Assembly (NCBI GenBank): GCA_024711005.1
Contig: JANJTQ010000182.1
Span: forward strand, 3,294 to 67,293
Direction: 5' to 3'
Length of the DNA: 64,000 nt
From: Opitutaceae bacterium
Lineage (GTDB): Bacteria; Verrucomicrobiota; Verrucomicrobiia; Opitutales; Opitutaceae
The notes beneath the pieces were generated by a model that searched no databases, was not told the origin of the DNA, and saw only the letters and a list, made by a program, of their open reading frames with translations. Below, piece by piece: positions 38,630 through 48,500 of this stretch (position 1 is the stretch's first letter; every line of letters starts with the position of its first letter). The position numbers and the translations under genes were made by a program.

Positions 38630-39826
38630 TCAGCCCAGCGTGCGAACGCGTGCCCAAAACGGCGCGAGGTCCAAGACCCGACGTTCGCGCATCGCGTTGT
38701 CGATCGCTTCGCACACCACGAGGGAGTTCAGACCTTCCTGAAAACCGGCTGAAGGCGGACGGAATCCGGCCATGCACTCGGCAAGTTCGCGAGCCATCGG
38801 ATCGTCGGCTCCGGCATGGCCATCGATCGTAATCGGCTCGATGATCTCGACCGGATCATCCCACCCCACCCGGCGCAGTTCGATCCGGCCGGTGTACGCG
38901 TCGAGACGAAGGGTGCCTTCGCTCCCGAGCAGATAAAAGCGTCGCTCCGGAATGGCGGCCATGCAATGCGTGTGAAACGTCGCGCGAATCCCGCCGCCGA
39001 ATTCAAGCAGCGCAACCTGGTGATCCACGATGTCCTTTTCGGCCGTGAAGGGGTTTTCCCTGTTCGGGTCCACCCAGCTCTCGAAAGCGGCCTTGCCCTC
39101 GGGCGACGGACCAATGCGCGTTTGATGAAACGCGTTTTCGGGTGTGAAAAAAGTGCAGCCACCAAAACTGGCGACGCGCGCCGGCAGATCACCGGAAAGC
39201 CACAAGGCTATATCGATATCATGGCAGCACTTCTCGAGAAGATGCGATCCGGCGTTCTTCGTGAACCGGCGCCAGTTGCCATGAATGTAACCGCCGTGAT
39301 TGAAACCGAGCGTCTCGTTGAATTCGAACGACAGCAGCCGGCCAATGCGTCCCTCGTCGATCAGCCGGCGGGCCATCCGATAAAGTGGCGAGTAGCGCAG
39401 TACCAGCCCGAGCGCGAAGAGACGTCCGGAGGCGCGCCAGGCCGCGTGCATCCGCGCCGCGTCGTCGAGCGAAAGGGCCAGCGGTTTTTCACAAAAGACA
39501 TGTTTGCCCGCGGCGAAAGCGGCGACGGCGTGATCCGCGTGGTGGCAATTCCACGAACCGATGAAAACCCAATCAACATCCTCGCGGGCGCAAAGGCCGG
39601 CGGCATCGGCACAGTCGGCGGCATCCGGAGCGCCCAGGCATTCACGCGCCCGCTCGCGAGCCGCAGTATCCGGATCGCAGAGCGCCACCACCGTCACCCC
39701 GGGCGCGTGGCGGCGGATGTTTTCAATGACCGTGCAAATACGGCGACCGGAGCCGATCACCCCGATGCGAGCCGTGGCAGGAATGACTGAAGTCGAGGAC
39801 GGAAGGGATGCGACGGAAGACGACAT
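38630..39826 (-). CDS. Gfo/Idh/MocA oxidoreductase
   Basis: HVFCEKPLA, 'LLEKCCHDID'. Confidence 0.9.
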   Translation of the reverse strand: MSSSVASLPSSTSVIPATARIGVIGSGRRICTVIENIRRHAPGVTVVALCDPDTAARERARECLGAPDAADCADAAGLCAREDVDWVFIGSWNCHHADHAVAAFAAGKHVFCEKPLALSLDDAARMHAAWRASGRLFALGLVLRYSPLYRMARRLIDEGRIGRLLSFEFNETLGFNHGGYIHGNWRRFTKNAGSHLLEKCCHDIDIALWLSGDLPARVASFGGCTFFTPENAFHQTRIGPSPEGKAAFESWVDPNRENPFTAEKDIVDHQVALLEFGGGIRATFHTHCMAAIPERRFYLLGSEGTLRLDAYTGRIELRRVGWDDPVEIIEPITIDGHAGADDPMARELAECMAGFRPPSAGFQEGLNSLVVCEAIDNAMRERRVLDLAPFWARVRTLG

Positions 39827-39898
39827 GGAGTCAAACTACCACAACCCGACCGCTTCCACGATGGACAGCGCGGCGTTTCATTTGGCAAAACCGATGAT

Positions 39899-40750
39899 AT
39901 GAAACGTCGAATCAAGACCACGACGGAACGCCTGATCGCCGGCATGCCGGATCCGGACGACTACTTTCGCGGGTTGCGTCGCCCGGCGGACGCCCTGCCG
40001 GACAACGTGCTGCTTTTTACGCGGCGTGACGCCCGTTGGCTCAGACCGACCAGCGTCACGTCGGCCTTTCATCAGCGCTGGGTGTTGATCGTGGCGTTGG
40101 CCGGCCGAGGCACGGTCGTGTTGGACCGAAAACCGTATTCGCTTCGGGCGGGAGAGGTGCTCCTCGTGCCGCCGCTGCATCTACACGCCTATGACAACCT
40201 GGATGGGCGACTGACCTGGCTGTTCACGACCTTTGAGTGGCCGGGTCACACCGCGATGGGTGAGGCGTGGCGCAGCGCACGCCGGCTGGATGCGACGGCG
40301 CGCACGCGGCTCGACGCGTTGATCAAAGAATGGCGCGCGCGCCAGCCGGATGGGTTGCTGGCCGCGGCGCATTTGCTGACGTTGTTGCGCCGGCTGTTTC
40401 CGCGAACGGAGAAACCCCGGCAATCCGAGCCGGCGGCGCAAGGAGGATTGATCGCAGCTGTGCGCGCGGCGGCGGAGGCCGAGCCGACGGGCAAGCTGCG
40501 CGCACTCGCCCGCCGGGTGGGCCTGAGCGAGAGCCACTTGCGGGCACGGTTCAGAAGCGAGGCGGGCATCAGCTTGGGTCGCTACCTGCGGGAATCGCGG
40601 TTACGACAGGCGGCAATCTGGCTGCGCGAGGAAAACATCAGCGTCAAAACGGCGGCCGAGCGGGCCGGCTACCCGGACATTTATGCGTTTAGCCGGGCGT
40701 TTCGACGTTCGCTAGGAGTGCCGCCATCCCAAGTGCGCATCCCTAAATAG
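39899..40750 (+). CDS. AraC-family transcriptional regulator, divergent from the oxidoreductase
   Basis: C-terminal double HTH 'GLSESHLRARF...AGYPDIYAFSRAFRR'. Confidence 0.9.
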   Translation: MKRRIKTTTERLIAGMPDPDDYFRGLRRPADALPDNVLLFTRRDARWLRPTSVTSAFHQRWVLIVALAGRGTVVLDRKPYSLRAGEVLLVPPLHLHAYDNLDGRLTWLFTTFEWPGHTAMGEAWRSARRLDATARTRLDALIKEWRARQPDGLLAAAHLLTLLRRLFPRTEKPRQSEPAAQGGLIAAVRAAAEAEPTGKLRALARRVGLSESHLRARFRSEAGISLGRYLRESRLRQAAIWLREENISVKTAAERAGYPDIYAFSRAFRRSLGVPPSQVRIPK

Positions 40751-40836
40751 AAAAGGAAGGACCCCGAATCGGGCCCCCCACCCGGTCCAAGGTGGCCAAA
40801 ATGAGGTTAGCTATCTTATTCCACACCAGATGAGCA

Positions 40837-40871
40837 ATCCAGTTTGTCACTTATTAAGTGACAAACTGGAT
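40837..40871. repeat. Palindromic repeat family A, longest copy
   Basis: atccagtttgtcactta-t-taagtgacaaactggat, perfect 17-bp arms. Confidence 0.92.
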
Positions 40872-40958
40872 CGAGTGTTGGGCTTCAACACGGCACCGAG
40901 AATCAGGCAGGCGGTAGCAGATCAGCCTCCAAGAGTAGGGCAAAATTCACCCGCTGCG

Positions 40959-40988
40959 TTGACACTGAAACTGAGTCTCAGTCATAAC
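40959..40988 (+). promoter_or_regulatory. Putative sigma70 promoter of feoA with a Fur-like 7-1-7 operator in the spacer
   Basis: TTGACA (40959-64), N18, CATAAC; TGAAACT-G-AGTCTCA at 40966-40980. Confidence 0.6.
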
Positions 40989-40998
40989 TGAGCTTCAC

Positions 40999-41253
40999 AT
41001 GAACACCGATCCGCGACTCCAACGTCCGCGTATGCCCCTCACCGAGCTCCCCACCGGGGCGGCTGGTCGCGTATGCGCGTTGGACGGAGCGGCCGACGTC
41101 TGTCAGCGACTCCGCGAAATGGGCTTTTGCGAATCCGCGATCATCCAAAAAATCTCCGGTCACAGCACGCTCCTTTGCCAAGTCTGCGACATGCGAGTCG
41201 CTCTCGGCGAAGGCGTCGCCCGGCATGTCACCGTGGAACTCATCCGCGGCTGA
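40999..41253 (+). CDS. feoA: Ferrous iron transport protein A
   Basis: 'QRLREMGF', SH3-like size, upstream of feoB. Confidence 0.85.
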   Translation: MNTDPRLQRPRMPLTELPTGAAGRVCALDGAADVCQRLREMGFCESAIIQKISGHSTLLCQVCDMRVALGEGVARHVTVELIRG

Positions 41254-41293
41254 GTTTCTGATGCGGATGTCAACCCACAGGCCCGCCTCCGAG

Positions 41294-41376
41294 GCAGGGA
41301 TGGACCGCCGGGCCGTCCGCTTCGTGTTGCACGCCCGTCCAGTGATTCCCGGCGGGCCCAGCGGTTCCGCCCTACC
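41294..41376. repeat. GTAG-type REP-like doublet between the two feoA genes
   Basis: GCAGGGATGGACCGCCGGGCCGTCC ... CGGCGGGCCCAGCGGTTCCGCCCTACC. Confidence 0.6.
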
Positions 41377-41384
41377 CGTTTACC

Positions 41385-41654
41385 ATGGCTGATCTCGTCA
41401 CGCTTTCGTCCCTCGCCGTCGGCTCCAGCGCCGTGTTGCGAGAGTTCCCCAAGCAAGGCGTCGCCTTTCTTCGCCTGCGCGAGATGGGCATGCTACCCGG
41501 CACCACGCTCACCCTCGTCCGCACCGCCCCGCTCGGCGACCCGATCGAGATCAAGGTGCGCGGCTACAGCCTCACCCTTCGCAAATCCGAGGCCGATCAC
41601 GTCATGGTCGAGCCGGCCGCCGGCTCGACCATGAAAATGACCAATTTCCAATGA
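41385..41654 (+). CDS. feoA: Ferrous iron transport protein A (second copy)
   Basis: 'RLREMGMLPG...APLGDPIEIKVRGYSLTLRKSEA'. Confidence 0.93.
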   Translation: MADLVTLSSLAVGSSAVLREFPKQGVAFLRLREMGMLPGTTLTLVRTAPLGDPIEIKVRGYSLTLRKSEADHVMVEPAAGSTMKMTNFQ

Positions 41655-41773
41655 CCACTGCCCAATGGACCATCACGTGAATCTCCGACCTGCTTCGCTC
41701 ACGCCACTCACGCGGCCACGCACTCCACACACAACCCCGTCCACGGGTCATTGGTCATTGGACATTGGTCATT
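41638..41773. repeat. Heptamer (AATGACC/GGTCATT) tandem-repeat inverted element (family D)
   Basis: ATGACCAATTTCCAATGACC ... GGTCATTGGTCATTGGACATTGGTCATT. Confidence 0.75.
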
Positions 41774-41798
41774 CCTGCTCAACCGGCGAGGCGCGCAC

Positions 41799-43928
41799 AT
41801 GAACCCTCCGCCCACCCAACCCGCTCCCGCGCGCGCCCCGGCTTCGGTCTACGCTCTTGTCGGCAATCCGAACTGCGGCAAATCCACGCTCTTCAACGCA
41901 CTCACCGGCCTGAAACAAAAGGTGGGCAACTACCCGGGCGTCACCGTCGAACGCAAGGTCGGCACCACCTATACGCAACACGGGCATCCGCTCACGCTCA
42001 TCGACCTGCCGGGAACCTACTCCCTCGCCGCGCGCTCCCCCGACGAGGCCGTGACCCGCGACGTGCTTCTGGGTCGTCGAGCCGACACCGCGATGCCGGA
42101 TCGCATTGTCTGCGTCGTCGATGCCACCAACCTCGAACGCAATCTCTACCTCGTTCACCAGATCCTCGATCTCGGTCGTCCCGTAATTCTCGTCCTCAAC
42201 ATGATGGACGTCGCCGAGCAGGCCGGACTCAAGATCCACACCTCGCGCCTCGAGCACATCCTCGGCATCCCGGTGATCGCCTGCGCCGCCTCGAGCGGAC
42301 GCGGTCTCATCGATCTCAAGCTCGCCCTCAGCCGCACCGACCTGCCGCTCTCGCGTCATGCGTGGGACATCCCGCCGGCGATCGCGCCCGCGGTTTCGGA
42401 GTTGCAGGCCTCGCTCCAGGACAACGACGACAAGCCTCCGCTCATCGCCCGGGCCGAGGCGTTGTTGCTCCTCACCGACCAGGACAGCGTGCGCGTGGCC
42501 GGCTCGACCCCGCTCTCCGCCCGCACGCGGGAAATCCTCCAGCACTGGGAAAACCGCTGGGCTGCGGACGGCACCGACTGGGCCGCCGCGCTCGTCAACG
42601 CCCGCTACGACAGCATCGGCCTTCTCACCGCCGACATCGTCAGCACCGCCTCGACCGCACCGGTCGGCCCAAGCCGCAGCGATCGCATCGACGCCTGGGT
42701 CACGCATCCCGTCTGGGGCTGGTGCATCTTCGGCGTGATCATGGCGACGATGTTTCTGAGCATCTTCACCTTCGCCGGCATTCCGATGGGCTGGATCGAA
42801 AGCCTCGTCGCCACGATCTCGGCAGGCGTCTCCGATCTTATTCCGCCCGGCGAGTTGCATGACCTGATCATCGACGGCGCCATCTCCGGCGTGGAAGGCG
42901 TGATCATTTTTCTCCCTCAGATTCTGATTTTGTTTCTCTTCATCGGACTGTTGGAGAGCACGGGCTACATGGCGCGCGCCGCCTTCATCATGGACCGCCT
43001 GATGAGCAAAGTGGGCCTCAACGGCCGCAGCTTTATTCCGCTGCTCGGCTCCTATGCCTGCGCGATTCCCGGCATCATGGCGGCGCGCACGATCGAGCAA
43101 CCCAAGGACCGTCTCGTCACCATCCTTGTCGCGCCTTTCATGAGTTGCTCGGCGCGCCTGCCCGTTTACCTGCTGCTGATCGCCGCGCTCGTACCCGAAG
43201 AGCAAGTGCCCGTCGGACCGAAGATCCTCATCATGCTGCTCATGTATGCGCTCGGCACCTTCGGCGCGTTTGGGTTCGCGTGGTTGTTTAAGAAGACACT
43301 CCTGCGCGGCGCGCCTCCGCTGATGATCATGGAGCTGCCGCCTTATCGTCTGCCGCGGATACGCGACGTGTTGCTGCAGATGATCGAGCGCGGCGGTTTG
43401 TTCGTGAAGCGCGCGGGCACGATCATTCTCGGCCTCTCCATCGTGCTCTGGTTCTTGGCCAATTATCCGAAGGTTCCTGAGAACCAGCCCGAGGTGGATC
43501 CACTCTCCTACAGCATGGCGGGTCGCGCCGGCCATGCCCTTGAGCCGGTGATCGCCCCGCTGGGCTTCGATTGGCGCATCGGCATCGGACTCATCCAATC
43601 GTTCGCCGCGCGCGAGGTGTTCAACAGCGCGATGGGCGTGATTTTCGCGGTCGAAGAAACCGGCGACGAAGAGGAAACCCGCACCCATCTGCGCGACGCG
43701 TTGCGCGCCGCCGAACGACCGGACGGGAGCAAGCTCTTTACCCCGTTGATCTGTCTCAACCTGATGGTGTTTTATGTCTTCGCGATGCAGTGCATCAGCA
43801 CGATCGCCGTCGTCAAGCGCGAGACCAACTCCTGGCGCTGGCCGTTGTTCCAACTGGGATACATGACGGGCTTCGCGTGGTTCGTCTGCCTGCTCATCTA
43901 CCAAGTCGGCCACACGTTGGGCTATTGA
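41799..43928 (+). CDS. feoB: Ferrous iron transporter B
   Basis: GNPNCGKS, GNYPGVTVE, DLPG, NMMD, 'PFMSCSARLP', 'AREVF'. Confidence 0.96.
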   Translation: MNPPPTQPAPARAPASVYALVGNPNCGKSTLFNALTGLKQKVGNYPGVTVERKVGTTYTQHGHPLTLIDLPGTYSLAARSPDEAVTRDVLLGRRADTAMPDRIVCVVDATNLERNLYLVHQILDLGRPVILVLNMMDVAEQAGLKIHTSRLEHILGIPVIACAASSGRGLIDLKLALSRTDLPLSRHAWDIPPAIAPAVSELQASLQDNDDKPPLIARAEALLLLTDQDSVRVAGSTPLSARTREILQHWENRWAADGTDWAAALVNARYDSIGLLTADIVSTASTAPVGPSRSDRIDAWVTHPVWGWCIFGVIMATMFLSIFTFAGIPMGWIESLVATISAGVSDLIPPGELHDLIIDGAISGVEGVIIFLPQILILFLFIGLLESTGYMARAAFIMDRLMSKVGLNGRSFIPLLGSYACAIPGIMAARTIEQPKDRLVTILVAPFMSCSARLPVYLLLIAALVPEEQVPVGPKILIMLLMYALGTFGAFGFAWLFKKTLLRGAPPLMIMELPPYRLPRIRDVLLQMIERGGLFVKRAGTIILGLSIVLWFLANYPKVPENQPEVDPLSYSMAGRAGHALEPVIAPLGFDWRIGIGLIQSFAAREVFNSAMGVIFAVEETGDEEETRTHLRDALRAAERPDGSKLFTPLICLNLMVFYVFAMQCISTIAVVKRETNSWRWPLFQLGYMTGFAWFVCLLIYQVGHTLGY

Positions 43929-43952
43929 ATGATTTGGGTGTAGATTGGAACC

Positions 43953-44108
43953 ATGGATAACTGGCAAACACCGCTCGCGCTTCTGGTGGTGGCCGTGACC
44001 ATGGCGCTGTTGGTGCGCGGCGTGTGGAAACGCCGCCACAAACCCGGTTCCGGCTGCGGCGGCGGCTGCTGCCCGACGGATGATTTCAAGACGAAGCTAA
44101 AGAAGTAG
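43953..44108 (+). CDS. FeoB-associated Cys-rich small membrane protein (51 aa)
   Basis: Read manually: MDNWQTPLALLVVAVTMALLVRGVWKRRHKPGSGCGGGCCPTDDFKTKLKK. Confidence 0.85.
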   Translation: MDNWQTPLALLVVAVTMALLVRGVWKRRHKPGSGCGGGCCPTDDFKTKLKK

Positions 44109-44200
44109 TCGGGGAACGCGTCCAGTCTGAGGAGGGCGCTTTCCCTTACTTAACAGAGCGTGGAGTTGCCATCATCGGATGGCGGAGTTTTATCCCTGTC

Positions 44201-44410
44201 ATGAATCAGAAGACCACTGAAGCCGACCGCATCCAGGCGGCCATTTACCGCAAAATGGCACCGGAACAGCGGCTGGCCCAAGCGGTGCGCATGAACCGGC
44301 AGATGAGGGCTTTGATGGACGCGGGCCTGCGTCAGCAAAAACCTTCTTGGACGGAAACCGAGCGCCATCGTGAAATCGCCCGCCGTATTCTGCATGCCTC
44401 CACAGGATGA
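44201..44410 (+). CDS. Small helical protein, putative partner of the downstream nucleotidyltransferase
   Basis: 'IYRKMAPEQRL...AGLRQQKPSWTETE'; overlaps the next gene. Confidence 0.7.
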   Translation: MNQKTTEADRIQAAIYRKMAPEQRLAQAVRMNRQMRALMDAGLRQQKPSWTETERHREIARRILHASTG

Positions 44411-44939
44411 GATTGCTCTGTTTGCGAGCCGGCTCAACCGGCTTGGCGTGCCTTACATGGTGACGGGAGCCACCGCAGCGATCGTTTACGGCCAACCGCG
44501 TGTAACCAACGACATCGACGTCGTGCTGGCCCTAGACTCCGCAGCCGTGTTCCGACTGGAAGAATGTTTTCCCGAAACCGAATTTTACATCCCTCCCGAG
44601 TCTGTCGTCCGCGTAGAGCAAGGCCGCCGGCAACGCGGGCACTTCAACATCATTCATCATGAAAGCGGCTACAAAGCCGACGTCTATCTTGCGGGTGAGG
44701 ACCCGCTGCATACGTGGGCACTGCCCCTGCGCCGTGAACTCACTTGGGGTGACGAAATCATGATGGTGGCCCCGCCCGAATACGTAATCGTGCGCAAGCT
44801 GGAGTATTTCCGAGAAGGCGGATCGCCCAAGCATCTACTGGATATTCGCGCGATGCTGGCGGTCACCGACGTGGACCGCACCGATATCACCCACTGGGTT
44901 GATATCCGCGGGCTGGCTGGAGAGTGGGCGCAGGTTTAA
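44394..44939 (+). CDS. Pol-beta superfamily nucleotidyltransferase (toxin-antitoxin-associated type)
   Basis: 'PYMVTGATAAIVYGQPRVTNDIDVV', 'KADVY', 'PEYVIVRKL...KHLLDI'. Confidence 0.8.
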   Translation: MPPQDEIALFASRLNRLGVPYMVTGATAAIVYGQPRVTNDIDVVLALDSAAVFRLEECFPETEFYIPPESVVRVEQGRRQRGHFNIIHHESGYKADVYLAGEDPLHTWALPLRRELTWGDEIMMVAPPEYVIVRKLEYFREGGSPKHLLDIRAMLAVTDVDRTDITHWVDIRGLAGEWAQV

Positions 44940-44956
44940 CGGCCCCAAAACCCCCT

Positions 44957-45382
44957 TCATCGCCGGTTATCCAAATCGTGAGCCGACTCGGGATGCTCGC
45001 GCATGTAGTTGCTGATTTCCCGACGCACGATTTGCACCTCCCACGGGTCGAAGCCGGGCTTGCCCCGTCGTTGCTCCAGGACCTCACGTCGCTCCAGCAA
45101 CGCATCCAGACCCGCGCCTTCTTCAGGCGTCACCTCTCCGCTGAACATCGCATCAAGCGCCCGATCACATTCCTCCAACTTCCCGCGGGATTTCAGCCAC
45201 CAGTGCCCGGCGGCCATCGCGGCGAAAAATCCCATCGCCTTCAAACTCTCCAAAATCGATCCATTGCGCAGCGCGATCACCCCGAACAGCAGGCCGCAAA
45301 AAAAGAAGACGTACCGGGCGGCAAAGATAAACCGCACCAGCATCTCGGCCGGGGTATTAAGACGGGAATCGCGTCGGCTCAT
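44957..45382 (-). CDS. Hypothetical membrane protein
   Basis: Two hydrophobic segments followed by a helical C-terminus. Confidence 0.55.
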   Translation of the reverse strand: MSRRDSRLNTPAEMLVRFIFAARYVFFFCGLLFGVIALRNGSILESLKAMGFFAAMAAGHWWLKSRGKLEECDRALDAMFSGEVTPEEGAGLDALLERREVLEQRRGKPGFDPWEVQIVRREISNYMREHPESAHDLDNRR

Positions 45383-45558
45383 GGCGTTGCGCGGGAAGTG
45401 AAAGAGTTGGGTTCGCGGGCTGCCCGAAAGAATAAACCGCCTCCTTTCCGGCGCAAATTCGAGGGGGCGTTACCGCCATGAAAAGAACGAATCCATGCGG
45501 TCACTACGTGGCGGAACAAAATCGCGAAGCGCTTCCACTGCGAGAGACCGCCGCACGA

Positions 45559-45585
45559 GAGACCCGACGATTTCCGTCGGGTCTC
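45559..45585. terminator. Hairpin downstream of PPi-PEPCK (no clear U-tract)
   Basis: gagacccgacg-atttc-cgtcgggtctc. Confidence 0.5.
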
Positions 45586-45598
45586 CGGCTTATGATAA

Positions 45599-48500
45599 TT
45601 ACTCCAGCGGCTGGACGCCGAGGGTGCCGTCGAGGCTCTTACGATAATCGGCGGTCTGCACACGGGCCAACTCGGTCTTGGCGCGGATCAACCGCGGCTT
45701 GAGCGCGAGGCGGGCCGCCACATCGGAATAGCCATCTTGATCCAGAACGGTTTCCAAACTCTTGACGTGATGCGTCCAGAGCGTGGTCTCGGCCTTCTGC
45801 TTCGCATCCAAGCGGGCACGATACCAGTCGCTGCCCAGCAGGTGCTCGCGCGTGAACAGGCCGCGTACTTCGGGAGCGTCGAGTCCATGGCCGGCGGCGG
45901 TCTTGCCCTTGGCCATGATTTCGAGAAGCGCCTTCAGCGGCGGGCAGGCCATCGCAATGCTTCCGTCGGCGAAGTAACTTTCGGCGACGCGCTGGTGGGT
46001 CGTGACAATCGTGTCCACGCCATCGGCGAAGATGTCCATGTCCTGCTGCTCGGGACGGAGCATCTCGTCGGTGAAGACGACGTGCGGATGCGGGAACACG
46101 CGACCGAAGTAAATGCGCACGAAACGCGTGGTGATACGATAGCCGAGACGGCTGGCGTAGACCATCTTTCCGCGGTGCTCGAAGTCGAGGAGCTGTTCAA
46201 AGCAGCCGTCGGCGATGAGGGCGGCGGCGGAACGCTCCTGCTCGGTCATGCGCGAGAAGATCTCGGGCACAAGAAGGGAGACGTCATGGTCGACGCGGAC
46301 CTTCGGGCCGACGCAGCCGGCGGAGGAGAGGAACACGTCGTGGCCGGTGAGGATCGACGAAACGAGCGCGGCGTTGAGATCGATGATCGGAGGGAGCGCG
46401 TTGAAGGGCCCCTTGGTCAGCGCACCTTCACTGCCGGCGCCGGTCGTCGAAGGCGATTTGCCCGTCATCGAGCTGATGAACTCCATGAAGAGTTCAGGCA
46501 GTTCGAGGTGATGGATCGGATTGAAGCAGCAGAGCGCGCGAACACCGGGTTCGGGCGGATTGTTGCGTCGGCCGGGAACGACCACGTTGACCGGCGTGAG
46601 CACCGGCGCGTCGGCGGACAGGCGGCGGTGCAGGCGCAGCCCGAGGTGGGCGAGCGCGGTGGCACGCGGGTTGGCCACATCCGGACGGAGTTGCAGATAG
46701 CGCGGATTTTTCGAGGGTTTGCCACCAACGATGCGCGGATGTGCGCTCGACACGAAGTAAGCGGGCGAGCCCTTGGTGGCCGCGGCCTTGCGAACCAGAT
46801 TTTGCATCGGCTCGGTGTAGGCCGAGAAGCCAACCGCGTCCTCGATGAATGCATGCGCATCACCGGCGGTGAGCGGCTCGTAATTCGAGAGAAACGTGCC
46901 GGGCGTCGAAATGTCGGCCTCGGCCTGCTTGTCGTAGCCGCGATGAATGGCGTCGTCGGGGCGCTGGAAGAGACGAGCCTCGCAGTTCTGGACGAACTTG
47001 AGGGAGCGCGCCGGGACTGAGGAAGACGGGGTGCTCGCGACGCCCACGTTTACCGCGGATGCGGGAGCGACCACGCTCGCGGTGATGTCGTCTTCCATCT
47101 GCACCTTGGCCGCCGGATGGAAGTCGTGGCGGAGGCCGAACACGCGCCAGGAGCCGTCTTCTTCGTAGCCGACACGGAGGGTGTTCACGACAAGCTTGCG
47201 ACCATCGAGCTTCAGCTCGTAACCGGGCCGGCCGTTGATGGTGTCGACCGAGAAGTGATCGCGCCAGGTGCTGCCCCACTCGGCCTTGTGGTAACGCTTC
47301 ACCACGAAGACGAGTTCCTTGACGTGGCGGGGAATCGCATTGAGCCAGGAATTGTAGGCGTCCGTATAGTCGCGGCGGGACGGCGTGAGGAGTTTGATCA
47401 CGCTGCCAAGCGTACGTTCGGGACTGAGGATAGGACGTTTGTCGGTGCCGGCGCGGGCAGGATCACGGAAACGATCGGAATAGTCGCGAGCGAGGAGCGC
47501 GGTCACGTTATCGAAGTCGCGTTCGAAGTCGGCAAGGAAGACGTGGCCGGGCAGAATGGCGTCGGAGATGGCCTTGGATATCTCGGATTTGCCGCCGCCG
47601 GAAACGGTGCAGGGTTTGTGGCAGAGGGTGGTTTCGGCGACGGTGCCGACGAGACGCCACTGACCGCGTTCACCACGGATGGGCTCCATATGGACGCGGT
47701 AACCGCTGGGGCGCACGTAGGTTTTCCCGGCGAGAAGTTTGATCTGGCGGGCAGCACCAGTGTTGTCGGTCCAGGAGATGCGCTGTTTGCGCAGGTCGAA
47801 GTGCGTGGCCTCGGGAACGAGGAGGGTATCCGAGTCCTTCACCGAAACGGCGTGGCCCTCGGGCAGCGGAGTCCATTCTCCGGGATCACGGGCGAGAACG
47901 GCGCCGATCGTGTAGTCTCCGGACTTCTCGGTGTAGCCGGCAAAATCTTCGCCGAGATCGTAGCTGGGGAACACCAGGGCGCCGCCGGCGTGTTCCTCTT
48001 CGGCGAGACCGTAGAGGTTGGCGGCATAGCTGATCTGCGTCTTCACCTCTTTCTTGCAGTACCCGTAATAGTTGTCGGCGATGAGGGTGACAATGATGCC
48101 GCGAGCATCGCGGGCGCAGAGTTTGAATGCGCTGCCGTTATTGTAGAGTTCGTCCTCGGTCTTCCAGCACATGCCATCGCGGCGCTGGCGCGGAGTCGCA
48201 AGGTCCCAATGCGGCAGACCAACGAGATGCTTGCGCACACCGACGAGGTGCGGCGCGAGAATCACGCACCCCGTGTGACCCGTCCAGCCGTCGACATCGA
48301 GGGCGGCATCGTTTTCCGCCAGGTAGGGGTCGCCGGCGTTGCCGAAGATGTTCTCAATGAAGTCCAGATTGGAGACGAGGGAGCCGGGGGCGAAGAAGCG
48401 AACTTCCATACGCTTTTCCCCGATGAACCCCGGAACGGCCGGCACGACAAGCGGCCGGAGGAGGAGCGAAACGATGCACTCGGCAGGGACCGCCTGGCCT

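Noticed and set aside
41769-44039. 756-aa minus-strand ORF and many other long overlapping ORFs (e.g. 52948..54684, 47117..48736, 17211..18512)
   Set aside because: Antisense shadows of well-supported genes, as expected in high-GC DNA; no motifs.
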